Assembly: GCA_002633005.1 (NCBI GenBank)
Contig: NMRA01000187.1
Span: 553,740 to 617,739, forward strand
Source: Phoronis australis
Lineage: Eukaryota; Animalia; Phoronida
Reading direction: 5' to 3'
Length of the DNA: 64,000 nucleotides
The translations under genes were made by a program, and so were the position numbers. The notes under the pieces are model-generated. The model made no database searches. It had not been told where the DNA came from and saw only the letters and a program-made list of their open reading frames with translations. This document shows, in pieces, positions 1 through 12,493 of this stretch (positions are counted from its first letter, which is position 1; each line of letters starts with the position of its first letter).

Positions 1-453
1 TGACCTTGCTTAGCCCACACTGTGGACTAAGCAAGGTCAAGGTGTATTGGGGACGATCAGAAGCTGAGGACGCCTGTGGCCGGGACAGGCGCCCTCAGCT
101 TCTGATCGTCCTCAATTCACTAAGTATAATACTACAAGGTATGACACTTGTTGTGTCTTACCCCGACCACGTTAGTCTAATATACACTAGAACTATAAGA
201 CAGCTTACCTAACTGGTTATACACAAGTCTCTCAAGTCTACGTTGAAGTCGTTAGAGTCGTATTGGATTTCGTCTGATCTCTTTCGAGTCTCGAGTGCGA
301 AGGACGAGTGAACCACGAGGTCGTGACGTCATCGTTACATCATGTTACCCAGCAGGTTCCATCTATTCTCCAATCCCAGCCAAGATAACAGAGAAGCCCG
401 CGAACCTGACTATCCAATCAAACCTCACGTAACATATGCACTGGTTCACTACA
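1..453 (-). mobile_element. Probable LTR (retrotransposon long terminal repeat) fragment, truncated by the window start
   Basis: The minus strand begins TGTAGTGAACC right at the gap edge (TG start typical of LTRs). It contains CCAAT boxes, a TGACGTCA CRE (324-331), an AG|GTAAG donor and two long hairpins (1-39, 51-111). No second LTR or PBS is visible. Confidence 0.4.
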
Positions 454-695
454 NNNNNNNNNNNNNNNNNNNNNNNNNNNNNNNNNNNNNNNNNNNNNNN
501 NNNNNNNNNNNNNNNNNNNNNNNNNNNNNNNNNNNNNNNNNNNNNNNNNNNNNNNNNNNNNNNNNNNNNNNNNNNNNNNNNNNNNNNNNNNNNNNNNNNN
601 NNNNNNNNNNNNNNNNNNNNNNNNNNNNNNNNNNNNNNNNNNNNNNNNNNNNNNNNNNNNNNNNNNNNNNNNNNNNNNNNNNNNNNNNNNNNNNN
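454..695. other. Assembly gap (N run)
   Basis: Run of N. Confidence 1.
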
Positions 696-1551
696 TAAAA
701 TTACGCTGTAAACAAACAGGTATGACACATTTTCTAAATATGAAGTAAATATCAGCTTTATTTCTAGTACTTCAACAAAAATTGGAACATAATGACCACG
801 CATTCTGAACGAAATTTGATCTCAAGTGGCAATTGATGACCGCTTAACTTCAAAGCCGTTTTTCTCGGCTCGTGATTTCAGGATAGTGACACGATTCTCG
901 GGCCTATTTTTCCACAACACGTGGGTCAATTTTAACGAAAGTTGCAAATTTGAAATCCTCTTGGACTGAAGTAAAATCGCGTGCCAGGGTTTTTTGATAA
1001 ATGGACCAGATTTTTAGTTATTAGACGGAAAGTGACCAAATGACAAAAAGTGGCGTGCTTGCCCCAACTCACACACAAAAAATGCCACAAAATCAAGATC
1101 ATAATGATTTTGTACATATATTTGGTATGGATAAGTAGAATATTGCGTAAGGAAATAGTTGATGATGATCCCTGTGCATTTTGAAAAAAAATTCGAGGTA
1201 AAATTGGATTTGTTGAAAATTAAAAAATACGATTTTTAAAAAAAACGAACTACAAAAAAACAAATTTTTTTCGATTTTTGTCACTTTCAGAATCATGTCT
1301 AACTAGTTAAAACTCCCTTTTTACTCATTTTAGTTAGGAACCTGGAGATTTGATCAGTGTATACACCTACCTTAAGACACAAAATTTTATAACTAGGTCA
1401 GCATGCGTTCGCAAGGGATACGGAAATGGAGTGAAAATTCCCACCTTTGCACCATGCTTGAACTAACAGCAAGGTGAAATTATATTGTTTTTGTTAATAA
1501 CTAATTTTACATGTGCTAAAACTGACTCTACCACATTTGAAATTGTTTTAG

Positions 1552-4500
1552 ATGTTGGTAAGAAGTAACAATGGTGAGGTAGTAAAAGACAAGGTAGAGT
1601 TATGCTTTAATTGAGAATTGATTAACTTGAATTTCATTACTTTACAGGACACGATTAGACATGGATTTGTGGGAATGGTAGGCAGGTATGTGTGCTGAGA
1701 TGTTTACCTAGGTAGACTGTTTAAAAGTTCCACGGGTAAATTGGTGCAATTTGAAAATTTTTCAAACAACTCACCGTCTCTATGACACTAATTTTGCTGA
1801 GTGCAACTAAGCGCTAAGGTGTTTGCCAGGTGAATGACATTCGTGCTCAGACTGTGTGCTGTTGTGACCAAATTAATAGAAGAGAACTACGTTACGCACA
1901 GGTTATACTGCTGCAGTTCATAATACATACCTGTGCTGGCTCATGTGTTAAAACGTCATATTGTTCTCATGTATATTTGTGAGCACAGTTGCAATATTTA
2001 TCTTTAACTTGCGTTTGATTGTTGCCTGTCCCTACTGTTTACTGCAAGTGGTGCTTTATTGTACTCACATATTTTTACAGGACCCCCTTGGTTCGCCTGA
2101 ACTCCATGAGCAAGGAGACTGGTAAGAATGTAGTATTTAAATTTAGCTTAACTTGGCCCTGTGTATGTTACAGGCCACCCTGCTACTGAAGAAATAGTTC
2201 AATTTTTTAAAAATCTGTGGACGTTTCAAAAGAACTTATATTACATGCTTAAAGGAGCTGTACAAAATGGTGCAGAATTCTCCATGATGGCCGAGAACAT
2301 GCTGAATTTGTCGTCCTAGTAAACAGGTGAAAACAATATTTTCCGAAATTGTGAGTCATTGCGGGTAATTTGCTTGTTTGTACTTTACACAGTATTTCAT
2401 TCGTTTACTTCTAGTGGGTTTTGGTTCAGTCGTACTGGCTTGTACAAAATAATTGTGTAACCACTGCATGTTGAGCTGTGAACCAAGTTCTTTGCGTATC
2501 CTCTTCCAGGCTGTGAAATTCTTGCCAAAGCCGAGTTCGCCAATGGTGGAGGCTCTGTAAAAGACAGGGCTGCCTTTTTCCTCATTAAAGATGCTCAAGA
2601 TAAGGGTAAGACTAACAGGAATTAACCTTAGTTTTTATTATATGAATAATAATTCTCAGATCAGCTCTGCTGACTTTGGCCTTGTTATGTTGTATGTGTC
2701 ATTTGAAATCTGTCGTTTTGGCCCATACCAAATTAATTGCTAAATTCGGTGCCATGGCATTTAGTTCACTTCTTGTAAAAGCTTGGTCACGTTATACTAT
2801 GGTTGCTTTTACTTTTACCAATAACACTATGTAAAGATAGGAATTTCATTGTTTCCTTTATGTTTGCCATTGGATCGAGGTGAATTTGGGTAGGTCCTTG
2901 AGACCTCAAACCTTACTCGCAACTCAAATCAAAGTTAACCAATCTCGTGATAAATGTTGAGTTAACTTAAATTTCAGACAATATGTTTGGTTGATTTTTA
3001 GTCTAGTTTCAATTAAGGTTTGCTGGTCTTGGATTTACGATAATTCTTCACGTATCGCACCGAAGAAATCTTCACTGAATATTGCCTTTTTTTGTTCTTC
3101 AGGCACGTTACCTTGTGGTAATTATGGAAACTTTAACCAAATGTTGTCTGATAACAACCACATAGTGAAAACCATGCTTGTAATGGGTTGAATATTTTTA
3201 TTCAAGACAATTTTCTTTCTGTTCATAGATTTAACTAAAACTCAATTTGCCCTCCTTATTGCGCGCTAAATAAAGCACAAGCCAAAAGTGTTCAGACAAA
3301 ATGACTCAAAACTCAAAATCCCCCGTTATGTCGGCTGCGTGGATGCTGAATTCATCGTTAGAGTACGGTAGGTTTCCTTCAGAACTCAAAATGAAGGGAA
3401 TTAAAGAGAAAGTTATTAAAGTGGCTAAGCCATTTTGTATTTAGAATATTTTGCCGTCCTAATATTTGTCACCAGTCTTTTTGCTGGTAGCAGAATTAGC
3501 CGCCGTGATGGGGGAAATTGTATTTTGTTCTATTACTTTTGTCTTGATCTGTAGGTGAAGAAGTACTCCAGGAGTGATTGCAGGCCGTCATCTAATAAGG
3601 AACATCCCACTTACCCTTTAGCATTGTGACAACATGAAGTCGATGTTTCCTTGACTCAATTTCAAATTCCAAAGAGCAAGACTGCCGAGTAAACAGAGGC
3701 AAAGCATTATTTGTTAGCAGACATGTTGAGACATTAGACCTTTTTCCCATGAATCTTTTGACTATGTCACTACCCAGTATTGGTAATTTGATGACATGAT
3801 GAAGGTGAGGAGTCTAAAAAACATTTTGAAATCTCGCTGTCTTAAATCTCTGTCTAAATCACAAGATGGAACTGAAGGTGGCTGTCAACGTTATCCACCG
3901 AGTACACTTTTGCCATTTAGCAGATGTCATTTTGTCGCCGCTATATCGGAACATGGGTGCTATAATGTTGCAATCTTTATACAGGTCTTATAAGGCCAGG
4001 TGGTACCATAGTGGAGGGGACTGCTGGGAACACAGGCATAGGATTGGCTCATATCTGTCTATCTCTGGGATATAAGTGTGTTATTTACATGCCTGACACA
4101 CAATCAAAGGTATTCTGCAAATTGTTTTATGTGATGTTCTGTAAGGCTATGTTGTTGGAGCTGTCCATTTCCAGTTATCCATTGTATTAGTTTCCGCCTG
4201 TTGCAGGTTGATTTGCATAGGCTGGCAACTAAGTCCAAATGTTGCACAAGCTATTCTGAGCATCAAAATGCCCTTGGTTTTGCTAATTTTGTTTACAGGG
4301 TTTGAAACAAAAATCATCTTGTTCAAAGAGTGTTCAAACCGTTGAAAAAAATTATTTTAAGTTCATGGATTCGCTGTATCGTTGTGCCTCCATAGTTTAA
4401 GTTTCAACCCTGATTATTGTTGTCACTGATACTTGGTGTCATGTCAAAGGAAGAGTGATGGTTGTGGTTTGTGTCATCCTAGAAATTGGGAGTAGAGGTG

Positions 4501-7500
4501 TAGATTTATTGTTGTGCTAACTCCTTTAATTAAATACCGTACAAACCAATAGTATTCATGCAAATGACCCATAATTCTCCGTCATGGCTGCTGAGCGAAA
4601 TTTCAGTTCATCGTCAGAATAATTTCCCCTGATGATAGAGAATTTTGGGGGGGGGGTTAACAGGAAAGTTAGTGAGGTGGCTATGTCATGAATCCATAGT
4701 TAAAATTTTGCCGCCTTAATAGTTATAACCAGTCCTTTTTACTTAAAACAGAATTAGCCGCTGTGATGGGAAAACGGTATTTTGTCTGATTATTTATGTC
4801 TAGTACTGTACCAAGTTTTCAGTGACTCTTTCCCATCTTTAATCAACGCAGACGTGACGTGTGAAGGATCAGCAGAGAATGAAACTGTTGATGTGTTTAT
4901 TTCAGGAAAAAATTGACATGCTTCGAACCCTGGGTGCTGATGTAAGACCTTGCCCTGCCGTGCCGTGGGACAACCCTGACAATTACAACCATCAGGTTTA
5001 GTTTTGGGACTTGTTAATTGTGAATTTGTGTATAGGTCTCCAATAGGAGGACATTTATGAGGAAAGTTAACAGTAGCTTTCGAAACAATTGAAAAGATTT
5101 CTTGTGTGTGTTTCATGTGGTTTCCCTCTGGAGCTTTGTAATGAAGTCAACAAAGCTGGAAGAACTCTTGATAATCTCACAGTCTTGCCTTGAGACTTCA
5201 TATTTTAAAGACTTCATTCTGAGTGACATAGTCATCTTTATTCAAACTATGACTTAGTTTACTGTATAGTGAAGTTTTGTCAACTGTTAATTTAGGTTAT
5301 AAGCACATGATGTGTGACATGTAATGCTGATGTAATTTCAGGCAAAAAGGTTTGCCGATAGCTTGGATAATGCTGTGTGGACCAACCAGTTTGATAACAC
5401 GGCTAACAAACGAGCTCACATTGAGACAACGGGACCAGAAATCTGGTTGGAGACAGGTGAGGGGGGAGGGCTGTTACAGGTCTTGTTGGTCACTGTGGCA
5501 CTCTCGCGGTAGCCACTCTTTCTGACATGTTCTACTCTAGTGTTGGTATGAGCAGTGTTATTTTCTTTTTAACAGTAACAGTGTTCTTTCATTACTAACT
5601 AGTCATAATTCCTTTCTCATGTGCTGGGATTCCACATCCCGGATTCACCAGTCTGCTCTTTTGCAGAGACAGGAAAACGCATTATATGACTGGCTCAGTT
5701 CTCAAAAGGTGGGGCAGTTAACTCATTTTTGAGGCTGAGTTGGACGAGTGAATAATGATTAAATGAGCGTTACTCAGCTTTTTAAATATTTATGTTTCTG
5801 ATGCAACTTACTATCGTATACAACCATAAAACTTTATTGGCATTAGAATGGCAGGTGTATATAAAATAGTGATTAGCATGACAGCAGTGCGTAAGTGTGG
5901 GGCAAGTGCCCTAGTGCTGCATTGCATTGTGGGTAAATACAGCTTAACTAAAGAGGGCACTGTGGTGTAAATGCAATTTCCCAGGTGTTTCCCGGAATCA
6001 TTAATTCAGGTGAACACTCAAACTTGGTTTTTCATGAAGCAGCCATGTTTAGCTTAAGGCCGAGCCTCTGATATTTTATTTTATTTTCTTTATTCCGACT
6101 CCCTATGTGTAAACCAGACAAACATGGTATATAATGATCACTAACTCACTTTATCTGTGTTTCAGATGGGAAGGTGGATGCTGTTACATTCGGAACTGGG
6201 ACTGGTGGTACACTTGGAGGTGCGTAAGAAATGTGGGGTTTGCTAGGTTTCCACCAGAGCAGATTGCGAGAAATTGAACGTGGAGCAGACTGCTAAAGCT
6301 TATATTCAAGATTTTTTACTTTGTAAGGAGGGGAAATGTGGATGTATGCTTTTATTACCAAAAGAACTATGCTTGCATCACTTATTTGGGAAGAAGGGTG
6401 ATCCGCACAACACTAATTTCCTGGCTAAAGTATAAGTCATCTTCTTGCGATTTTGTGCTCCTCTTTTTCATAGTTATTTACCTTAAATGAACAATAAAAT
6501 CAAGACTTTAGACCAAAGGAGAAAAAATCAGCAAAGCTGGTTTGCAATTATTTCATGCCAGCATGTACACAATTAGGTATGGGATCACATATCGTCGTCA
6601 CTTCTGTGGGGACATCTGGTATTCACCAATGTAGCTCTTAAACCCCTGGTAGGACCTTAATGGAATTGGCAAAGTTCCTATGAAACTGAAGACATGGCGA
6701 TGACTTTCAGGTTAGTTGACTACCACTGTGGCCCCTAGTGGCAATTTTATGTTTTCCTCTATATCTTCAGAGTACCTTTCTATATGCCTAGTATCTAACA
6801 TTTCAAACAATAGTGAAAACTGTGTTGCTACTGACCGGAGGATAGGTTGATTTTCACATGGGTCTAGCGTGTGGTTTCACTATTGTGATGCACCATATTG
6901 GCATTTTTATGCATCTGCGGTCGTATTTCCTAAGCCCGATCCAGGATCTTTAAGAAATTTTCGGGCCGATTTACCTACCGTAGCACCCCTTGTTGGCATG
7001 TTGGTTACTGATAAGACATTGGTAGTCCTTTCTAATTGACAAAAATACTTGACAGATTTTGTGATGGGCTTTGAAATGGAGTTGAGTTTCTGGGATGTGT
7101 CAGTACAAGTTGATTTTCCAGCTTGGAGCAAATTAGTTTTATTCTGTTAATTACACTGCAATAACCACAAGCATACCATTTGTGGTGCAGTTATGGGTGC
7201 ATTTCAACGCTTTTGTTAAAATGTTGAAGAGATTTTTGTGATAAAATCTGCAAAATTTTGGAGAATAAATTTTCAATTAATTTGGTACTGTTTTGTTGTT
7301 AATTGTCTCCAGACTGTTATCTTCCACAATTTTAGCCATAACTGACCTAACTCGATGACATTATCTGTTATTGATATTTACTCATGGAGCAAATACAACC
7401 CATCTGTATATTAAAGAATTGACAAGTTTCTAGTGCATTTGAAACGCACTTTATTAATAAATAAGTTGAACTTTTGATATTTTAATGTCATATTCTCTGA

Positions 7501-9858
7501 TGAAGAGTGTTGCTGTTAAGGCGTAAGAATACATTTGTGGGTTGGTTTTCTGTCGTGTGAATTTGAAAATAGCCGAGAGCATCGTGGACGTCAGTTGGGC
7601 AACAATTAGATATAAAATAGATCTCATTGATTCCACTGTCATGTGATTAATATTGAACGTCAGAAATTGAAACTGATTCAAAAATCCTTTATTATGCGAA
7701 ACGAGTTGACAATGTACCTAATGAATTGAAATGTCACTGACATTTGAGATCACTTGTCCATTGTCATACTTAGAGAGCTGAATAGTCCCCAATCACTTCC
7801 ATACATTGGTTCATTGTTATAAGTGCATGAAAAGAATATGTTAATTGGGTGTATTGATTAATGAAGGGAAAGTAATCTGACTTGATGAAATTTGATTGAG
7901 GTTAAGATTGGAGTCTTGAGACATATTTGTTGTGGCGATGAATTAGTTTGGTCTTGACTACGATGAGTACATTTCTGTTTTGACAAATGAAATTTCCCTT
8001 GAGTGTCATATTTCCATTTGATACATGTTATCGTTAACTGAAAAGTTGTTACAGTTAGTTATTATAGATGAGCGAAGAGTAAATACTATATTTATTAGGG
8101 ATTTTTATGAGCTTGTAATATATTATTAGGCGTTCTTGATATTGGCATCATGTGCGGGGGATTTATTTCCTATATCTATGCATGGTCTTCGTGAAATTGT
8201 GCAGCAATGATCCCATGAAGATGGTGGGCAAATGAAAATGACTTCTTGCACCTATTCTTGCAGGTGTTGCTACATACCTGAAGGACAAGAACAAAAATGT
8301 TCAAGTTTTCCTGGCTGACCCTCAGGGAAGTGTGCTGTACAATTTTATAAAACATGGCAAGCTGGAACGGTCGGAAGGCAGCTCTATCACTGAGGGCATA
8401 GGTCAAGGTCGGGTCACTGAGAACCTCAAGGGGGCGCCTATAGATGATGCATTATGCATTCTTGACACAGATGCTGTTAACATGGTATGTCAGGTTGTTT
8501 ACAAAGAGAAATTAGACATTCTGTTGTTTCCTTGTCGTCTTTGGATTCAGTTTTAATACTTTGCGCCATCTAGTGGCCATTTTTATGATGCAAATAAACA
8601 CCCCTAAAAGCACAACATTTGCGGTGCATTCGTGGGCGCATTTCAACACTCGGCGTTGCTCATGTAACATGGATCCCGGAGAAACCTACATGTGGTACTG
8701 TCGGGGAATGCGTAGTATCAAGATATCCTTCCATGCATATTTGGTCTCGTTTGCAGACGTTCCGTTTGCTCCATGAGGAAGGCTTCTTCGTTGGAGCCTC
8801 TTCTGGTCTCAATGTGTCAGCTGCGGTACAGGTGGCTAAGATACTGGGTCCAGGTCACACAGTGGTCACCTGTCTCTGTGACACAGGTCAGAGGTACTAC
8901 GCCAAGCTGTTCAGTAGGGAATTTCTTGAGAGTAAGGGTAAGTCAAGTGATGTAACACATCTAAGTGCTAGTAGGACCTTGAGTGAGAATCGACTAAGTG
9001 TTGTTCACTCTGAGTAAGAACCCATTTACTGTGCTCCATTCCTGGCATGTTTTTGACCACAATTCTTCTTTTTCACCTCTCCCTAACCTGTGTTATCGTA
9101 ATGTTGCGACGGTCTCGGACATTCTGAAAATGACTGTCACAGTGGTATGGGAAGGCCTATACTTTATAACATATCAGTGTACAGAATCGCAAGACATCTT
9201 TCTCGGGCACAATTTGAACAAGAATTTAATTCAGATTTTAATATATTAAATTGTTATGTTTATGTGGCGCAGTTGGGTTCCTGAACGCCGATTTCTTTAC
9301 TAGACATTGTGCAAGTCAAACAGCATGGGGCAAGCTTGTCTATGCTTGAAGCTACTTGCTCCAGTTTATTACCGTCAACTTCGTTGTCCTTACGTTCGAA
9401 AGAAAAATCACACCGTTAACTTTGAAAGCACTCGAGTTCCTTGCAAAAATCGGTCATGTCCCCCATTGTTGGCCTACTATAAACTGATAAACACTGTTAG
9501 TGTCGTCGTGCGCTCGATTGGGACAACTGAGACTCTGATCATGGAATTGGTGATTTAGCCGTTACAAGTATGCAATGCATTGTGGAAGTGCAAGTTACTA
9601 GGCAATTCATACTTTCGATTGCTTCTCAAAACAACAAAAGTGACTCGGTAGTTCGCCTGTACCTCGATTGGTTGGAATTTTGACAGGGCCGAGTTCAAGC
9701 TTGGGATACAACTGTTATTATGCTGTAACGCGTGAATTGTTAACCAAGACTGCTGGAAATACGACAGAATATTATGTATTGAAATTTTGTTATTTCGTTG
9801 TATGTTTCTAGGTCTCTTGGACTGTATCCCGGAGCCATATCAGTCTTCCTTACATTAA
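1552..9858 (+). CDS. Cysteine synthase (O-acylserine sulfhydrylase, PLP fold-type II), fungal-type Cys1a/CysB-like, about 349 aa, 11 coding exons
   Basis: Exons 1552-1593, 1648-1685, 2081-2121, 2510-2605, 3985-4109, 4906-4995, 5342-5456, 6166-6219, 8264-8484, 8757-8937 and 9812-9858 are all GT-AG and phase-consistent (1050 nt). Motifs: [22 protein letters not shown] (PLP lysine), [52 protein letters not shown]. The first exon and start codon are least certain. Confidence 0.93.
3451..3530 (+). repeat. Short dispersed repeat, second copy at about 4708-4787
   Basis: ttgccgtcctaat...cagaattagccgccgtgatggg...tattttgt matches ttgccgccttaat...cagaattagccgctgtgatggg...tattttgt; both lie in cysteine synthase introns. 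Confidence 0.7.
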
Positions 9859-10013
9859 TGACGAGTGCTCTTCAACTTGGAGTCATCTGCAGTGAACAGT
9901 TAATTGTCACAGGTGGTACTGATGATTCATACCGATTGTTGACATGCTTGTTGTTGACATGCTTGTTGTTAACCAGAAATATGAGAATATAATTGATCTG
10001 TGGTAATTGTAGT

Positions 10014-10657
10014 AGGTTACCTTCATTACCAAGGTCTAAATAACTTTTAAGTATTAATAAGCACAGTCATTATGTTATCATTCTTGAAGTATTTGATATC
10101 ATAGAATCTTATGTACACAAACACAATATGCAGACATTGGTAATCATGTGACTGCGATTTTATCTAAAATACTGATTTTTCATAGAGATTATCATAAGTT
10201 TCACGGGCATACTTTTTTGCAAACTCCGTTTCCTTATTCTGTTAGTAAAAGGGTATTGGATATTTTGTTTTAATAGTCTTTTAGCCAGAGAACTCCACCA
10301 TCAAAACGAAGAACATTCTTTAAAAAAGGAAATATTGATTTTTGACACCCAAGATCTTTGGGTAACCTACCTTAAAAGAAAATCTCAGACAAACTTTTGT
10401 AGATAAAAGAATAAAGTAACAGAATTTGCAAGGTAAGTTGCTTGTGAAGAAATCCTGATTGTGGAAAATACGAAAATCACTGAAAAATCACTTTTTTTAA
10501 AAAAGATGATCAGGCGTGTAGTTATGAAGATCTGAGCATTGTGTTTATGCACATACGATTCTGTAGCAATCAAAGATGTTAGCAATATATGTTTATGGAT
10601 CCAGTATTAAAATTTGAAGTTACAAAAGAAATTTCATATTTGGTAAAAAAGTAACCT
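10014..10657. mobile_element. Degenerate foldback/MITE with long inverted arms
   Basis: Termini are aggttac (10014) and gtaacct (10657). The arm tagaatcttatgtacacaaacacaat...ttgcaaactccgtttccttattct is the imperfect reverse complement of agaataaagtaacagaatttgcaa...attgtgtttatgcacatacgattctg. Confidence 0.7.
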
Positions 10658-12282
10658 GGCACCTTAGGTACCCATTAAGTTAACTTTTAAATATCTGGGA
10701 AAGCATTTTGTATATTTTTATAAAATACGCAATGATGGACTTTTAATTCATTGTACCATATTGCTAGGATTTTTTGAAGTTATGCTGATAGTGAACTTTT
10801 CAGGAGCCTTAGATTTCAGTGAAATGGCTGCCTGTATTGGTATCTAAATTCTCACAACCATCTCTGTTAAATTGTTGTTATGACATGTTAATATTTGTTA
10901 TTCCAAGTAGCCTTTTCCTTGACATCAGGGTCATGCTTGATCTGGGTTGTTGTAAAAATTTTGCAAATACACTGTGACCCCATTTTCCGACAGTATGCGC
11001 TAGCACCCTATTCAACACCTTGCCAAGTTATCTGTCTTATTTCTAATTCTAATCACTTTCTCATAGACAGTTTAACGAAATGATATAGAATTATAGAATT
11101 AGGTTTCACTCGGGTATCATGCATTTACTAAGTTTTGAATTGGCATATTTGTTTCATGCAGAAATTCTATTGCTTTGAAAGCCATTGTTTAGGAATGAAA
11201 ACCGTAATTTGCTTTGTTTGGTTTTACATTTTTAACACGAAAGAAGGTCCAAATGGAGATTACTGGTATTCATTGTTTCGAAGGGAGGATTCTCTGCTGA
11301 TAACTATTAATTCAGATTAAAATATGGAATATCTGCCTGACCTGATTGGTACTGCATGCTTTTTTAAAACAACTTTACTTTGTCGGAAATTTCAATATTT
11401 TGAGGTAATTTCCATGCAGCTGCACTAGTACAATACGAGCCAAAAGTATTAAGACAAAAACTGGAACTGGAACTCCCATAGTGGCAGTTGGGCAGAAACT
11501 GAATTCATCGTTGGAACAGTCTTTTCTCATGAAGGAGAATAAGGGGGTTTTAATGGGAGAGTTGGTAGAGGTGGCTAAGTACAGTGTAATTCTGTTGAAC
11601 TTTGCTACCCTTATAGTTATGACCAGTAATTTGTTGATGTTAAAAGAATTAGCCAACATGGTTGTGTAACAGTATTTTGTCTGATTACTTTTGTCTTGCA
11701 TTGTTCGTAGTATTGTAATAGAAATGGTAGAAAACTGTTTGGATGTGATGTGGGTGTGATGTGGGTGTAATGTGGGTCTAATCACCTGATGTTGCATTGT
11801 TGAATACTTTGCTTTGTTTGATGATTGATCAGAAGCGATGAACAGTGTTTTCGTCTGAAGTAATCACATACCCTGGTCATTGCCTGTGATGAAAACACAT
11901 CTAGTCATGTTTGAACGTTTTCTTGATTGTATGTTTTCAGAGGCAATGCATTTGATGGTGGCTAGTTCTGATGTTGCATTTTGTGCGTAATGTATTTGCA
12001 ATCTATTTTAATGATAGTAATTATTTTTATTATGACCGTGTAATGCTTCCGATTAACTGCAGTAAAAAGTTGGGGGCTGTTTTGCCTGGAACGATTATGA
12101 TATTACTTTTGCTATACTCTATTGAATACCTGTGTTGGGAATGAAGCCAGATGTATTGTTTGATGGCACTTGTAGATGTAACTACTGTTCATGGCTACAG
12201 CCGTATTTGGAAAAATTTCTACCCCAAATGTCTTACGTTTTCACATTAAATAGCCACATTCAGTTATGTGCCTAACCCTGAA

Positions 12283-12493
12283 TGTAAATAGTAATGAGTT
12301 CTTGTTTCTCTAAATGCTGCTATGGTTTGTGGATGGCCATCTAAACACATAAGGTTTAGTTACAGGTGTGAACAAGTTATGGCACTGTGTAAATAGTAAT
12401 GAGTTCTTGTTTCTCTAAATGCTGCTATGGTTTGTGGATGGCCATCTAAACACATAAGGTTTAGTTACACGTGTGAACAAGTTATGGCACTGT
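12283..12493 (+). repeat. Direct tandem duplication, 2 x 105 bp
   Basis: tgtaaatagtaatgagttc...gttatggcactg is repeated at 12283 and 12388 with about one substitution. Confidence 0.92.

Noticed and set aside
342-803. ORFs spanning the first N gap (likewise 53249-54476)
   Set aside because: They are open only because the Ns contain no stop codons
1403-1473. Upstream ATG-initiated exon as a coding start for the cysteine synthase
   Set aside because: It ends in phase 2, which is incompatible with the next exon (gives an immediate stop); more likely 5' UTR or a uORF
1552-9858. Bacterial contamination or recent horizontal transfer of cysK
   Set aside because: The gene has ten canonical spliceosomal introns containing host repeats and is flanked by animal genes
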